Below, piece by piece: positions 33,845 to 34,276 of a DNA stretch of 34,276 bases (the first letter of the stretch is position 1; every line of letters begins with the position of its first letter). The DNA comes from a virus (taxonomy: Duplodnaviria; Caudoviricetes). The stretch is taken from positions 1 through 34,276 of IMG/VR virus record IMGVR_UViG_3300037440_000173. One strand, 5' to 3'. The translations under genes and the position numbers were made by a program. The notes beneath the pieces are model-generated. The model saw only the letters and a list, made by a program, of their open reading frames with translations, ran no database searches and was not told where the DNA came from.

Positions 33845-34240
33845 TCAGACCGCCTTGATCCGACGGCGGACATCCGACGCCTCGCGGTGCTCTTTCACCT
33901 CGTCGGCGACGATCTCCCACAACAGAGTGCGCATCGCCTTCGGTGTCAAACCCAGCCGGTCCTCGAGATGCCGCGCCTCGGCCAGCGCGTCCTTGTCCAG
34001 CACCTCAGCGGCCAGGGCCACGCGGGCATACCGCGCCACCACCCGAGTCCAGCCCAACCGCTGCCACGCAACCGCCTGTGGAGTAGCCCACAACTGCCGC
34101 CACATGCGCTGGATCTGCGCGCTTGGCTTACCGTCCAACGGCCACGGCGGCGGCGCACCCTTGCGACCCTCGGCCGGCAATTGCAGCGGACCGACCCGCG
34201 AGTTGCGGCGGACCGGGTTGATCTTCGGCGCGGGGGGCAT
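33845..34240 (-). CDS. terS: terminase small subunit
   Basis: WRQLWATPQAVAW...EARHLEDRLGLTPKAM; directly upstream of terL. Confidence 0.85.
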   Translation of the reverse strand: MPPAPKINPVRRNSRVGPLQLPAEGRKGAPPPWPLDGKPSAQIQRMWRQLWATPQAVAWQRLGWTRVVARYARVALAAEVLDKDALAEARHLEDRLGLTPKAMRTLLWEIVADEVKEHREASDVRRRIKAV

Positions 34241-34276
34241 GATCGACCCTCCGTTTCGTACAGATTGCGAGTCAGG

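Overview
A high-GC temperate actinobacterial siphovirus genome segment. Phage genes lie on both sides of the integrase/repressor cassette, so it looks unintegrated. On the minus strand from the right end: small and large terminase, HK97-type portal, protease and capsid, an inserted glycosyltransferase-LicD fusion plus a TylF-type methyltransferase, head-tail genes, major tail protein, a -1 frameshifted tail chaperone (GGGAAAA), tape measure, minor tail proteins, a lysis cassette, then a second virion-like module that includes a ~1160-aa repeat protein carrying a PhoD-type phosphoesterase domain. The plus-strand block (3997 to ~7800) holds the repressor, tyrosine integrase and membrane proteins. 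The leftward early operon starts with an HTH gene. The main discovery is in that early operon. It encodes a nuclease-less IS110/Nop-fold protein (1758..2960) together with nine dual-spacer stem-loop units of the form stem-CCA-N9-CG-N4-CCA-N9-CG-stem. Five are in tandem at the 5' end of the gene, three are embedded in its conserved coding region or C-terminus, and one is in an upstream gene. This looks like a TIGR-Tas-like RNA-guided DNA-binding system whose guides sit inside open reading frames. All protein family calls come from motif recognition by eye; no database search was run.
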